This document shows positions 1-13,295 of a DNA stretch of 64,000 bases, piece after piece. A program made the position numbers and the translations under genes. The DNA lies in contig JBNGIO010006274.1 of the NCBI GenBank assembly GCA_049999805.1, positions 81,818 to 145,817 on the forward strand, given 5' to 3'. The notes under the pieces were generated by a model that saw only the letters and a list, made by a program, of their open reading frames with translations, was not told the DNA's origin and did no database searches. The stretch is from Folioceros fuciformis. Lineage: Eukaryota. Position 1 is the first letter of the stretch; each line of letters opens with the position of its first letter.

Positions 1-121
1 CTCAGAAAGAACTTAAGTAAACAGGGCATTTCAACTCCGTCATTTCAACTGGAGCGTCAGGATGGAAATTAGCAATAGGCGTCGAAGGGAGCCGAAAATA
101 CTTTGAATCGATTCTGGCAAG

Positions 122-3100
122 TCACATTAAACCGTAGTTTGACGCTGTATGTTGGCGACCCCTTTCGTGGAACAGGCCCAGTTCAGAAGCAACCAGCCGT
201 AGCAACACCCGCAGCAGCTGTTTCACCCTCCCTTCCCTGCACACCGTCGGAACAGGAAACGATTCAGCCATTACTCCCATGTCCCTTGCCCTGCAGAACT
301 TGAGGTGCGTTTCAAACATCGACCCACCTTGAGGTCACCAGTTCACATAGGGGTGTGAAAAGTAGCAGCAGATGGGCATGCTCCCAACCCAACTGACGCC
401 GTTGGGCATCCAGAAACCGTGCTGACGAATACGACGCTCGATGTTGGTCCGTAGCATTTGAAGTCTCTTCTCGGTGGCTGATGGGTATGTCCACCACAGC
501 AGCCGTCGCAGGATGAAGGGAGAGACGAGCCAGCTCTTGAAGCACGAATACTATCTCGTCCAGTCTCATTTGAGGTATTTCGTTGTCCCCTGCAATTTGC
601 AAATCGACAGCAATTGGTACTTGTCACCGAGAAAATGCAATAATACTGCAGCGAGGCACATTGTGAGCCCTCACACCTAGTGATGCCTCGTCCTTCGAGA
701 ACTGTCGCAATACGGAGTCACAACGTGCTATGAGAATTGGCAACGCCACCTTACTTACAGAAATGCTTGACGAGGCCGCGGGGACATCCATTTCAATACT
801 GCCAACACACAGGGCATGCAACAAATGATCACAAGAGAGCTAGAAAAATATGCACAAACTAACTAACGGCTTTACACATTCCGAAACGAGTAAGTCAGCT
901 GGACCGCTGGGGCTGGAGAATCTCGTGCAGTTCAATATGATCTCACCTGCATAGGTTGAAGAGCTTTTGCAGGCATAGCAATGAGAATCTCCCACAGTTG
1001 GGAGGCAAGAGTGCAAGGCTCGCAACTGATAGAGCAGCAGTTCGGGCGGCACACCGATCTATGACTGACACCAATCGCTCGACAACCTGCCAAGAAGGGT
1101 AAGGCTTGCAGCTCCACTACCTTCAAACAGTGAGACACTGGGGATGGTGGTGTGAGAGGGCATACCTCAACCGGCGAATCCTGACAGGATTTCAGCGCCT
1201 TCTCACACAGCACGTCAAGAATGCTGACTTCAAGCAGCTCGTCACCTTTCAATACCTCAGGTGCAATGCTCTCACCGGCTGGCAGATTACCAGCACGTCC
1301 ACATGCACCAATTAAAAATTTCTCGTACACATCCGCAACTTCATTCCAAAATCTCATGCCGCCAGTTGTTGTAACAGGTCCAGCCTGCACCATACTGTCT
1401 CTTGAACCAGGAATGGGCTGGTTCAATGAGTCCGGCAACAAGGCACCTTCAAAGACGTGATTGAAGGCCTCAACTGCTCTTCTCCAAAGTGGACTGCTCG
1501 GCAAATCTCTTCTCGACTCCATGCACCTACAAACATGCTTTTGGTGAAGAAAGCTCCTTTCAACAAAGACTACAAAGTTGACAAGAACCGCTACCTAGAA
1601 TTCCACCATCACTCCGACATCCTTCACGGCGCTTCTCATGAACTGAACGCACAAGAATGCCTCAAGTCACTGACAGGGATTTCAGGGCTGTTAAATTTCG
1701 TCATACCGTCCCAGTGCCGCAATCACGTCTGGTAGAACAGCAACCTTGGCAGCCGTAGATGCTATCCTGTAGAGCTGGACCAGTATTGGGACGCATTTCT
1801 CAGCAAAGGCAGGAGATGATGCATCTGCTGGGGTTTCACCACTGGATACACCAGAGGTTGCTGCAGAAGTCTGAGATGGATTTCTGAAAGCCTCGTTGGG
1901 CTGTCCAAGTTCTGAAGAAGTCTTTCCATTTTCAGTTGGTGAGCTCTCCGGCACTGGCATTTGTCCTCTCTCAGGAAGAATCGATTTCCTGTCGGGTGTC
2001 AGTGACTTTCTTTCTATCATCAGAGACTTCCGGTCAAAAAAAGAGGCCTTTCTGTCAGGTAGTACAGACTTCCTTTCGGGTAGAGATTTCCTTTCGGCAT
2101 TTCTCAGCATCTCCCCACCAGGAAGGTAGTAGAGGAGCTGGCGCAGAAATGCTGGCCACAAAGACATTAGCCTTTCATCCATTGGCTTCAGCAGTGGCAG
2201 CACTTCCAGAACTGTCCGTTGTACGAGCGGGATACTACCCTGGGACAACCAACAAGGCAACGTCATCCACGATTAGCCGTAGCTGGTCTCTCAAAGCCTG
2301 TAAAGTGATTTCATATCAAAGTCGCGTTGAAGCCCTATCAAACCTTGAGAATAGCAGGCTCATCCCCTGAGGTTACAGGGCAGCGGATCATCGAATCAAC
2401 CAAGCTGAGAAGCCGCAGATAGCTATTTGGGTTGAACATGGTGAAAGCATTTGAATACAGTTCACCTGCATAATTGACGAGTCAACCAGAAAAATCAGGA
2501 GACAACGAGAGTCCTCCTCCACGCATCAAACTGGCAAATGTCGATCAAATCTTCGGATGAATGCCAACCTAAGTTTTGCACCAGCTCTTGCCGTGCTTTC
2601 ACAGCCATCTTGCTTTCAAACTTGGTAGCATTTCGAATCACTTGCTCATAGGTTGCAAATGCCGTGTCAAAATAGTACACAGGTAGGGTGCCCTGTGCAT
2701 ACAAACACGAATCTGTCAGTGCTAAGCAGAAACTACATTTCTAAGCCCTCTCGCCAGCACAATTAATTCATCTGGAACCCGGAATGACCTTGGAAGCATG
2801 GCTGAGAACAACAGTGTGGAGAGAAGTGATGGCTGCCAGCGCCACCTCCTTGCTCCCTGTGTTGATACTCTCTTGGATAAAAACAAGAAGGGAGTTCCAG
2901 CCTAAAACAGAATAATTGAAGTACCTTAGTGCCATGGCCGAAACCTGAAACTCAAAAAACATGCAACGGAATTAACACGATTACCTTGCTTGAAATTTCC
3001 CATCGAATGGAAAAACACAAAAAAGGGTCTTAATAGGCGACACATTCCACCCAGTACTAGTACCAATGTTTCGTCCCATTGCTTCTGGGCTGTATTGCGG

Positions 3101-6100
3101 CTGTGGAAACAATGAGGAAATTAGGAAACAAACTACAGCGAGAAATACAGTGGTTGCCGGGTCAAAAAGTCTTTTTGTGCCATACCTGTGATGGACAAGC
3201 ATGTGCACGGGCTTTCCACCTTGCATGCCCAGCTCCTTTCCTTGCCACTCATCCTTGGACGAAGTAGCTGCCTGCACTTGAATGAAACAAGGTTTAATCC
3301 CTTCAGCACGAAAACATGTTGTGACACCAGTTAACTATGTATGGCCAAATAGTGATGATTGTAACTTAACAAACACGAGGCAACCAGAAACGTACGATTA
3401 AATGAAAACCATACCAAGTGTCGCACTGTATCCACAAGTGGAAAAACAAGGTTCCAGAGACACTGTTGCCAAAGGTCCATCGAAAGCTTGTGGCCGTGGC
3501 TGCTTATGGATTGGAAGAGCGTTCTTATTGCTGAATTTCGGACCTGCACATTGCAATGTGGCTCAGCAAGTAGAAAACCTGCAGCTAGTAGCTAAGTATA
3601 GTTTAAGGTCAAGACAAAAACTTAATGAATGACAACAAACCTCTGGCCTGTCATCTGTTCCCAGTCCCTGTATGACACCATAGACTGCTAGTAGCATAGC
3701 ATCACAGTCCATATCAAGCCTTCTTCCTAATTGTGGAGTTTCACTTTCAATATCCTCGATGGGCTCAGGTCTGCCAGGACCGACACCACTTAAATCGTGC
3801 CCTCTGGGACTTGGCTGTCGAGTATCTCCATCACTGACCTTCCCTGCATGAAATTAAGTCATAACTATGGCCACCGAAATAGACAGGGAGGTGCACATTT
3901 GGCCGAGTGAGACATACTTGAGCCTCGAAGCTCACTTATTTCATAATTCACTCCCCTTGCAAAGAAGTCGGCCGTAGTCCACAGAAGTCCAACGGCAGTC
4001 AAACTGATATTTATATCGATCTGCTGTGCCCCATAAGCCCCTGCAACTTCCACACATCTGCGGCACATATTCTGTTGGTGGTAGGCAAGAAAAGAGCAAA
4101 CAAATTGCGACCCCAAAGGAAGGAAACTTACATGTCTAGAGCATGTGCTGGAACTGATAGAAGTCCATCGTTCATAATGAAGCGCACACTCTGGTTATCA
4201 CCCCACACTCTGATTACCACCCAACATCACTCCAATCTTTTTGAATGGTAGTGGTCAAAAGCAAGATTTCAAGAAGCATGTTTGTTACGAAGCTGCCATT
4301 TCTCAGACCTGAAAACCAAGAGGAACAAGCTCCTTCTCCGAACCATTGGCGATGGCTCTGTATCAAAAACAAAGGATATTGAGATGCTTTGCAAAACCGA
4401 AAGGATCCCTCAGTCCTAAGAGGACATTGACCAACAAGTCCCATTCCATGCCCAAAGATGGCACGAGAGCTGACAGCATAAGGAAAGCCTCGACCTACCT
4501 TAGGAGCTCCAGGATACTGGGCCAGCTATGATACAGTTTTTCTCCATGGCGCTGGAAAGCAGGAACACGACCATCAGTTCTAAACGGCTGCAAATATGGG
4601 GCTTGAAAGAAATGTGCTGCATTCCGAACTAGCTCACCTCCAGAACATGAAGCAAAATCTTCAGGGCCCCTGAGCGAGTTTCTGCATCTGGAGCAGAGGC
4701 ATACAACGTAATGAGCGGCAAAATGACTGCACACTCAAAGGCATCCAACTGAAAGCTGCCTAAGCCCCTCCGGAATGAGGCTGCAGGAGCTCCAGATTGT
4801 TCAGTGCCAGGGGTTGGACTTGCAGCAGCAACTAACTCTTCAGAGGACTGTTTTGCATCCTGTTGGATTCGGTCACAGTGCAGAACTAAACATATAGATC
4901 TGTCCAGCGCATCCAGTGCAGCAGCTCGTACATGTAGGCTCTCATGCTGCGCCAACTGAACTCATACACAGGTTCTTATGAGAAGTGCACGAAAATGACC
5001 AAGAATTGACAAAGACTCATTACCGGCCACTGGGCAAGCTAGAAATAACAATATCCACTGACCTCCAAGATATGAGTGGTATACTGGTTCCACAGGTGTT
5101 CCGCTCCTACAGAATTAATGCATCATGAACAGAAAGTTTGACCTTAACATTTCAGAAAAGCAGACATTTTGTATGGACATGGATCCACAAGATCAACAAA
5201 TATCATAGAAGTAGAAGTCCTTAGCTCGACGACAGACGTACTGTGCAGATTGTAAGACAGCGTAGAGGTCATCCTCTCAAGTGCAAACATCTTCAGTGGG
5301 GCTTGAGAACTTGCTGCGCTGACGGGGTTTGAAACAGTGCTGCTACTTCCAGATGCTGCTGATCCAAGCCCGTTTGTGACTCCGACCAGAGCATTATTTG
5401 AAACTATCCGTAGCGCTGACAGAAGTGCAGATACCGCAGATGTGCTCATCATTGCTGAGCTCTCGAAAAGCTGGGGCAAACAGTCATTTTATCAGTGCTC
5501 AACATCAGGCACAGGCTGCTAATAAGATGAAGGTACATGCATCGCACTACACATAGGATTCAGTCACATGCCTTCCGACTAAGTGTTTGCAAGAAGCAGT
5601 ACCTGCGCATCAAGAACTGACAGAATACTGAAGTCACTTGGCTGGTTGCCAGTATCACGACTAGCCTTTGGAGCCACTGCAGAAAATTCCTGAAAACCAC
5701 CTCACCACAACAATTGAGTCAAAACTCATCTTGACTACCGCTTGCTCAGCTCTAGGCTATTTTATGCCGTGCGTTCAATCATCAGCAAGCACTGCTCAGT
5801 CTGATGACGATATGCATGTCTGTCGATCAGTTGTGGACTAAAAACTCAAGCAAATCACTGTATACCTGAGTGGTTGCATGGGGTGAGTGTATAATGCGGT
5901 CTAAGATTGCGAGTGTTTCCAGAACCTACAAAACGTGTATAGCCTGCCTCATCAATGCCGTACTGGTGTAACAAAACACAGCTCGTCAGCAAGAAATTCA
6001 TCTCAAGAAGAACGTCATAAGACAATTAAGGGACGTACCAGCACCCAAGATGGTCCGAGGACACAATTCAAACGATGGGATATGTTGAAAAGGGTCCGTA

Positions 6101-9100
6101 GAGCCTGCAGAGCATCATAAGCAATAAAAACTGACGTTTAAGGTGCATGAATTTGACTATTGGTAGCATGATGAGAATACATCAATGCTGCAGCTCGTAG
6201 CTTGAGGATCAAGAGGTACAAAGGAAAACCTTATGGGAGGATTCCAATCAGAGGTGAATCACCAGACACCCGCATCTAGTAGCCTCCCAATACAGGAAAA
6301 GCTCTGGTAAAGCCTAACTAAATTTTGCCAAGTGAGAATGAAACCTGGACATTCTTCGAAGAGAGGACAATGACATCTCGCTCAGCAGATTGCTCAATAC
6401 GTTTACTCCCAGTATTACTTCCACCACTGCATGAGAGCAAACGGGCAAACCAAAAAAGTACCTCAGCGTAACATCTCTTCTGGCATTCGAGAGGCAAGTT
6501 TATTTCACAGAACAAAGCCAGTTCCCTTCCTCCTCAAGTAACAGGGAAGGATATCAATGAAAGCAACGAACCCATGTTTCTCTGGTTCAGACTGCTGGGC
6601 CAGCGCGAATTTGCACAGTGAAGCCAGGAAGGCATCTCGAGCTTCAACAGCTTTAAGAACACCACATGCCTGCAGCACATGGAACTCCCCAGTTCTGTGT
6701 CAGACACACCACGCATACATTCCAGCTTCCTCAGTGACTGCAGAAATAACAATGAACAACCACACAGTCAGACCTGAGTAAAAGCTTGATATCCCTTAAG
6801 GATTTCTAGAACTATGGCCTCCCCATGTGATCTGCAGAAGACGACATTTTTTGCAAGTTACGAAGAGAAAGAGATAACTAAAGTTTCAAGCAACAGAGAG
6901 GAACTCATCCTCACCTGGAGAGCACAAGAGAAAGTGCATCCAAAAGCGTTATCCAGACAGCATTAACCATAGCATTACAAAGATTCGCTAGCTCTCCTCC
7001 TTTTGAAGCTTTTGGCTGGGCAGCTGTCAAGTCGTATCTTGGGGAATCCAGCTTTAACAACAGAGCAAAAATCAGTGCCTCTTACTTGTGGTACTCTATC
7101 TGGGCAGATCTGAGATTGAGAACTCCTTGCATAGCATAACATTACCAGGTTAGAGGAAACAAACTGAAATCCCAGGGGCCCTCAGATAATCACCTCACCA
7201 GTGTCGATTGCCTCGTCTGTCAAGGTGGCAATTGTGAAAACCACACCCAACAAGCCTTCCACTGCTAATGTTATTGCATGTGCTTCACTTGCAACCATCA
7301 CAGCAACACCACTAGCATCATATTCCATGGTCCATTCCTCACCTGCAGCTTCAATTGAGATAGGACCGTTAGATCAGCTGATAGGAGGAGGTTAACGCAT
7401 CCAATCATTGCTTAAAGCTCATATCCACAAGCTATTCAGGTTTGAAGGTGGGTTTATACAAACTGAAGGAGAGGGCAGATTGTACCCTTTGCTTTACTAT
7501 TGAACATGCCAGCCACAGCTGCAAGGGACTCTTCAGCAGACTCTGAGCCCTAATAGTGCAAGCAATCCATGAACGTATCAGACCCCACTTTTAGCACTGC
7601 AAGTTGAAAATAGAGGCAACCACATAGATCAAAGGCTGCAATTTCCAAACACAGCCCTCGACGGCAAGAATCTACTGCAAGTCATACAAGCAGAAACTTT
7701 GCGCGAGCGATCGATCACCTGAACACTGCATACGACATGGGCCAATACATGCACAATATCCGCAACAATGTTGGTATTCCTTTCACGCCTGTGGAGGCAC
7801 ACATCTGTCAGATTTTTTCATGCCAACCACAATGCATGCACTCTTGCGTTACACCACGTCGGATGATCTGCAAGGCCTGCAAAAACTGTTACTCCCGATT
7901 GCATGGACGAAGAAAGGCCCTATCACTTACATGTCAAAAGTTTGGAAAAGCAGACGTAGCACCCTTGCTTCAACACAAAAACCCTGAAAGACACATTTCA
8001 CACAGAGATCCTAAAGTTACAGAAGCTTGCCCTGTCTGGAGACACATACACAACACCCTTGCTACATACCCGCAACACCTCGAGGACCATGATTCGGTGC
8101 CAAAGAGGCAAGTCAAGATCTGCACTTTTGATGAGCATGCTTAGGAAGACCTGCACCATGCATGCATGATACTTTTCACACACCAATCACTGAAAGAGCA
8201 AGAAATAACAGCCTGCAAGGTATAAACATGTACCTCGCACTCAGTGGTCACAATGGAACAATATAACCTTGTCACATTCGACACAGAGCGCAATACCAGG
8301 CGCCGATATGCTGGCTCAGATACTTCCCCATCACCCTGCGAGATCACGACAGTTACAACATTTAGGAATCTCTAACATTTCCCCACACCATCAAAACCAT
8401 GAAAAGATACACTAACGAAACCTTGCTGGAAGAGAGAAAAAAAAAACATATGTACATTGGTGCCAGAGCGTAACACTAGCCGACGATAGGCAGGCTCCGG
8501 CACTTCTCCATCACCCTAAAAGCACCAGAGTAAGCACCCGGAGTCTCTTGAGGAGACTTGGAGAGCTATGGTCTGTCTAAAGCGAATTCTGGAACATGGT
8601 GAAACATTGATGGGGGGCATGCTCCAGCTAACCTCACGAGTTGCACGAAGTGACGTCATTAGAAGTGAACAAATTTGATGGCGAAGCACCTAAATCAGTA
8701 GCAAATTAGGCATTAAAACCATGCACCGGGAGCAGAAAGAGAAGAGTTTGAGGAGCCTGGGCACCTGCTCATAGGGACCGAGCTTTCTAAAGATGGCCAC
8801 GTAGTGTGCGATAACATACCTGCACACAGTCAGCAGACGATCACAACCTGTGCACTAGAGCATTGAATCCATTACAGACCACTTCGTTGGTAACATGTTC
8901 ACTCACTCGAGCATATCAAGAGAGAAAGTCCTCTGAAGAGAGGGAACTTGAAGCCAGTTCGCCTACAGACGAAGTTTAGGAGGCATATTAGGTTCTGGAG
9001 CCCCACACAACAAATACCAAGAGAATTCATCACATCAATGAAGGAGGGTATACTAGGATTGAATGCTACCGGCCCTCCACCAGCTAAAGAAGTGAGATCC

Positions 9101-10484
9101 TCAAGCAAGCGAAGACCTAGTCTTCCTGCTTGTGTGAGACTCTCCCTGGACACCTGAGGATGTGGGTGATCGTCAATGACAGTTTCCACAGCTCTGTTTT
9201 CACAAAGAGAAAAAAACATTGGAAAAAGTTACAGAATGCAGATCTTTTGAATTGCCTTCGCATTTGAAGTTGGAGGAAAATAAGACATGGGTTGGGATGT
9301 GCACGTACTTTGCAGCAATTATGCTCCTACTGACATCTCCAGAAACTGAATTCGACCGAGAATTTCTGCTACTAGTTCCAGGCTTTTGTACTGGAAGTGA
9401 TTCAGCAGCTACTACACGGTCAAAGATAAGTGCCACAGCTTGTCGTAAAGTCGCAGCTGCTGTGCTGTTCCAAGACATACATTCATCAACGTAGAATCAG
9501 CTTGAGTGACTCTTGGAAGCTTTGAAATGGACACAATCCAGCTGACTAACTTCTTGGACAGAGCTATCTGTCACCAAAGCAGTCAGAAGAAACTATACAG
9601 AAGGGCTCGTACATTGCTTGGGAAAGGAGTTGCCACGTGCCTGTGTACACTATCTGCGTTGCGATTGTTTCCAATGAGGCGCAGACAGATTCCTAAAATG
9701 ATTGCCATACTATCCTGTACAACATAACCGGCTTCAGAAGAGGCAGCAGCAAATGATAAGATGAGAGCCCTACAGTGCAATCAAAGTAAACCAGTGACTA
9801 TGGGCTGAATGATGATTTCAGTCAGAGTCACTTGCCTCATCTGTGGGATGCAGTTGAGACTGCAGAATCGTCAAAACGGTCTGCAGTGTCTTCAGTTGCA
9901 CATTCTCATCATTAAGATCCGAGTGCTGGACACAAAAGAGAAGGCGAACCTCAGGCACATGTTCCCGAAAGTGACAAGGTCGATGAGAGAGAATAACCAT
10001 AGTGCCGTGGGGCCTGCTTCCAGGGCGATGCAGCTTACATCTCTGAGAGTCGAGATGATTGCTGGCAAAGCCGCACTCGAGACAGCATCGTGCGCAATGA
10101 GCTTCTGAAGGCACGACAAGCCAATTGCACTCAACTTCACATTCTTGGGCTCACAGGCCAGCAAGAATATCTTGAGAACATCATCGTTTCGTGCAATTTG
10201 AGTTGGGTCCGACAGCGTTCGGAGCTGCGAAACAGGTTGCCGTGCAGGTCAGCAGGCCAGCGTTGTGAATAGAAAAACATGAACGTTTTACACACACGAC
10301 ATCATCTCCTGAGCTGAGAAGACGGTCGAATCGAGAGTCATAAAGCGCATCCAATGCGGAGGCAATGACAGTGAAATACTTTGAGGATGGCATGCTCGGC
10401 TCCATCCTTGACGGCTGGATACTTGCGCCGTGCTTCGGATGACAGAGCCCGCAAATCGGCCTCCAACACAGCCATGAAAGCCAT
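122..10484 (-). CDS. MON2: MON2 homolog (ARF-GEF-like endosomal/Golgi scaffold), complete multi-exon gene
   Basis: ATG at 10484 reads MAFMAVLEADLRALSSEARRKYPAVKDGAEHA, the typical plant MON2 N-terminus. Later exons read LACEPKNVKLSAIGLSCLQKLIAHDAV, STAAATLRQAVALIFDRVVAAESLP, VRNSAIRTLFQSISSHG and HLLLLFTPLCELVTSR. The last exon (236-122) reads EGRVKQLLRVLLRLVASELG...*. Exons are separated by short GT-AG introns; not all internal junctions were resolved. Confidence 0.95.
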
Positions 10485-11916
10485 GATGCCCGACTAAGTC
10501 GCCGAATTTGAGAGCAATCCTGGCTATCTTTGTGACGGGTGCAGTGCCATGCTGACCTAGAAGTTCCAGCTCCCGGAGCTGGGGTCGAGAGGGGAGCCCA
10601 GCACCTCAGTCGGTGTCAACAGACTGCTGGCAAACGGTGGCAGCTAGTGAGCCCAAAGAAACGTTGGCATCTGCTTTGCTCAAACCCCAGCATGAGCATC
10701 TTGAAGATCCCGCTTGAGACGGACTGATGTTGCGCGACCCCCAAAATAGACTGTCAAGGAGCAGCAGCGGAGTCGATGGATCACATTTCGCACTCTCGCA
10801 GACGAGCTGGGAGCCTGGACTAGTTACAGGCAGGCGTGCGTGGCTATGTCGCAATTGGGGCGTAGGCTGGCCTGTCCTTGCCTGCCTGGACATGTGGGAG
10901 AAGCATCCCGGAAACAGGGCAGTCTGCTTGTGGACGATTGAGCGCACTGGGTCACAGACGTCGACAGCGTATCCATGATCGAGGCGACATAGCCTGGTAT
11001 AGCAAAATGGATCTGGACTTGGGAAAGACAGCAATTTTTTTGACTCGACCGTGTCGCTTGTCCGGTCTGTTCCCTTCGGAGCCGGTCCAACCCGTTTCCA
11101 CCCGCGCCAGTAGTAATAAAGACCTAGTCTACCCGGCTTCATTCGAGAATTGGTGCAGCCTATAGGCGTTTGCGTTAGGCAACGGCTGGCCCGTGCGGTG
11201 CTGTACGTGTACAGTTTCTCTCCTCCGGGCTGGAGATGCTCGCGCATCTTGGAATGCGCGCCGAGCCTCGGAGGAATAAGGGAGTGGCTGCGACAGCCTT
11301 TTCAGGTTTTTCCACGAAATCGGAGGGGGATCAGGAGCTACAAGGCGATTGATTGGCAATGTAAAGACATGGACGAAGCCAAGGGGATGCAGCAATAAGA
11401 GTTTCCTCCTCCGCACACACACACAAGGACGCTCAGGGTGTGCAATTGATCCCGGTAACCACAACTTGCTGCTGTCAGAGATTGTGATCGTGACGTTCAG
11501 ATGAGTGCAGACTCCAGTCATGTGCCTCACCTAATATCTGCTCTACAGAGCAGTTATCAACATCGAACTGCTAGAGCATATTTCAGAGCAGTCCCTACTA
11601 TATATCGCACTTCGAACTGCGGATTGTAACCCTCAATCGACTTATGATTTACTGCTTCTTCGCGCCCTGGTCATTGCGATATGGTTTGCTTGCAATGTCA
11701 GGAACACGGGTTACTAGGACTGGCAGAATTTTAGAAGGGAATGCAACAAAACAAAATTACGCGACATGTTGTCAACTTTCAGTGTTCTGTACATAATGTA
11801 CAATTCGGTCTACAATTGCCAAATCTCAAGACATCCATATTCAGAAATTCTCAGCTGTAACAACTCTCTAAGTCTTCGGAAAGCTTGCAGTCTGAAGGAC
11901 TAGCGACTACAGGCGG

Positions 11917-12551
11917 CTACTTGTTCCTTGTACGATACGTCGACTCGTCGATTTCTATCCCCTCTTCCCCCTCCCTTTCCTCTGACGATTTCTCCTTAGT
12001 ACTCAGTCCTCCCTTACGTCCCATATTCTGGTAGCCCTCCCTCCCCAATTGCTCCCTCCTCGAGTGACCCCCTTTGCTTCTCCCTACAATCCACAAACAA
12101 ATGGTCAACATGCCCCGACGGTTTAACGAGCATGCAGGTACGTTATCCAGGCGGAAGTGCTTCAAGTAAACATAAAGAATCTTGGACCTTCTGCCAAGCG
12201 CTCCTGCGTTTCCAACGTTTTGCCGCCAGTTCCGCCCGGGACCACGGTCTCGCCCTTCTCCCTCACCATCCGATCCAGCCTCCTCCTCTCCTTCTCAGGG
12301 AGACTCTTGGTGGGAGGAGCGCACTCGGAGTCCTCCACTCCACTCCGTTTGCCTGGCGGAGCGCGCTCTTCAGGTGCTCGCTTATCTTCCCCTCCTTCCT
12401 CTAGATCTTCGTCCTCCTCCGCGTCCTCTGCCCTTTCCTCTCCTTCCTCCTCCTCCTCCACGTCCTCTTCCTCCTCTCGCTACCGTTCCTCCTCCTCCTC
12501 CTCCTTCTTCCTCGGATTACCTCCCTTGCGCACCACCTTCGTGGTCGACAT
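11917..12551 (-). CDS. Group 1 LEA / Em-like small hydrophilic protein with acidic N-terminal extension; in-frame TAG at 12482-12480 (possible pseudogene)
   Basis: [51 protein letters not shown]...[10 protein letters not shown] is the Em/LEA_5 signature. The intron 12187-12084 (GT..AG) lies at the LAEG|RS position typical of Em genes. Confidence 0.9.
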
Positions 12552-13295
12552 CTCTACATGCAAACATACATTCCCTGGAGCCGGGTGGATCAGATAATGT
12601 CAGTGGCAATCAGAATTCATTCCCCATTCCCTTAGAACTCACCGAGTCCTACAGGCAGTTCCTTAACATCCTACCTTCCTGACAGGAAAGGCTAGCTGCT
12701 CCGCAACAGATGATCCAACTTTTGAGCGAATCGTGGACTGTTCCAGAGCAAAATCTTGTGCTTCAGTCTTCAAGCTCCGTTCCTCCAAGACTTATGTTCA
12801 GAAACGAGCTTAAATTTCACGAGGAAGTAGATTCAGCCCTGGCTACCATGGAGGTGACGAGCCACCTCACTCTCTGAAAACTGCAGACAATCCAAGACGT
12901 GCGCCAACGCTGCTCGCTTGCCACGACTGGCGTTCTCGTGTCGTCACTTCAATACCAGTCCACCTGCCAGCGCCTACAGGCTGCACGTCAAGGTGCCAAG
13001 ACATACCGACGTCCGTAGGTACATATTTATGTACACACCCTTGTAACTTCAAGTCCTGCATACGTGCAGTAACTGTACGTATGTACCTGAGCCTGAGACG
13101 CTGCAAGTGGCCTCTTTGGGTGAGAAAAGAATCGAGCAACCATCCCGGTCCGAGAACGAAGGAAACAAGCTGCTATGTTATATTGGTGTCCTCGGAAGCT
13201 GCCACCGTACGTAGGCGGGGCCTTGCGCGGTTAAATCTTGAAGCAGTGGAGAGAAGCGGCGCAGAAGGCACACGGATTAGGCTATCCCATCAGCG

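Noticed and set aside
5738-5792. Possible intronic C/D snoRNA on the minus strand (TGATGA...CTGA with a 7-bp terminal stem)
   Set aside because: Only ~45 nt long, the C box lacks the leading purine, and no guide is evident.
10606-11247. 213-aa minus-strand ORF upstream of MON2
   Set aside because: No recognisable domain or coding character; likely promoter or 5' UTR DNA.
12850-13100. ACGTG cores upstream of the LEA gene as ABREs
   Set aside because: Only 5-mers without the full ACGTG(G/T)C context, so not distinguishable from chance.
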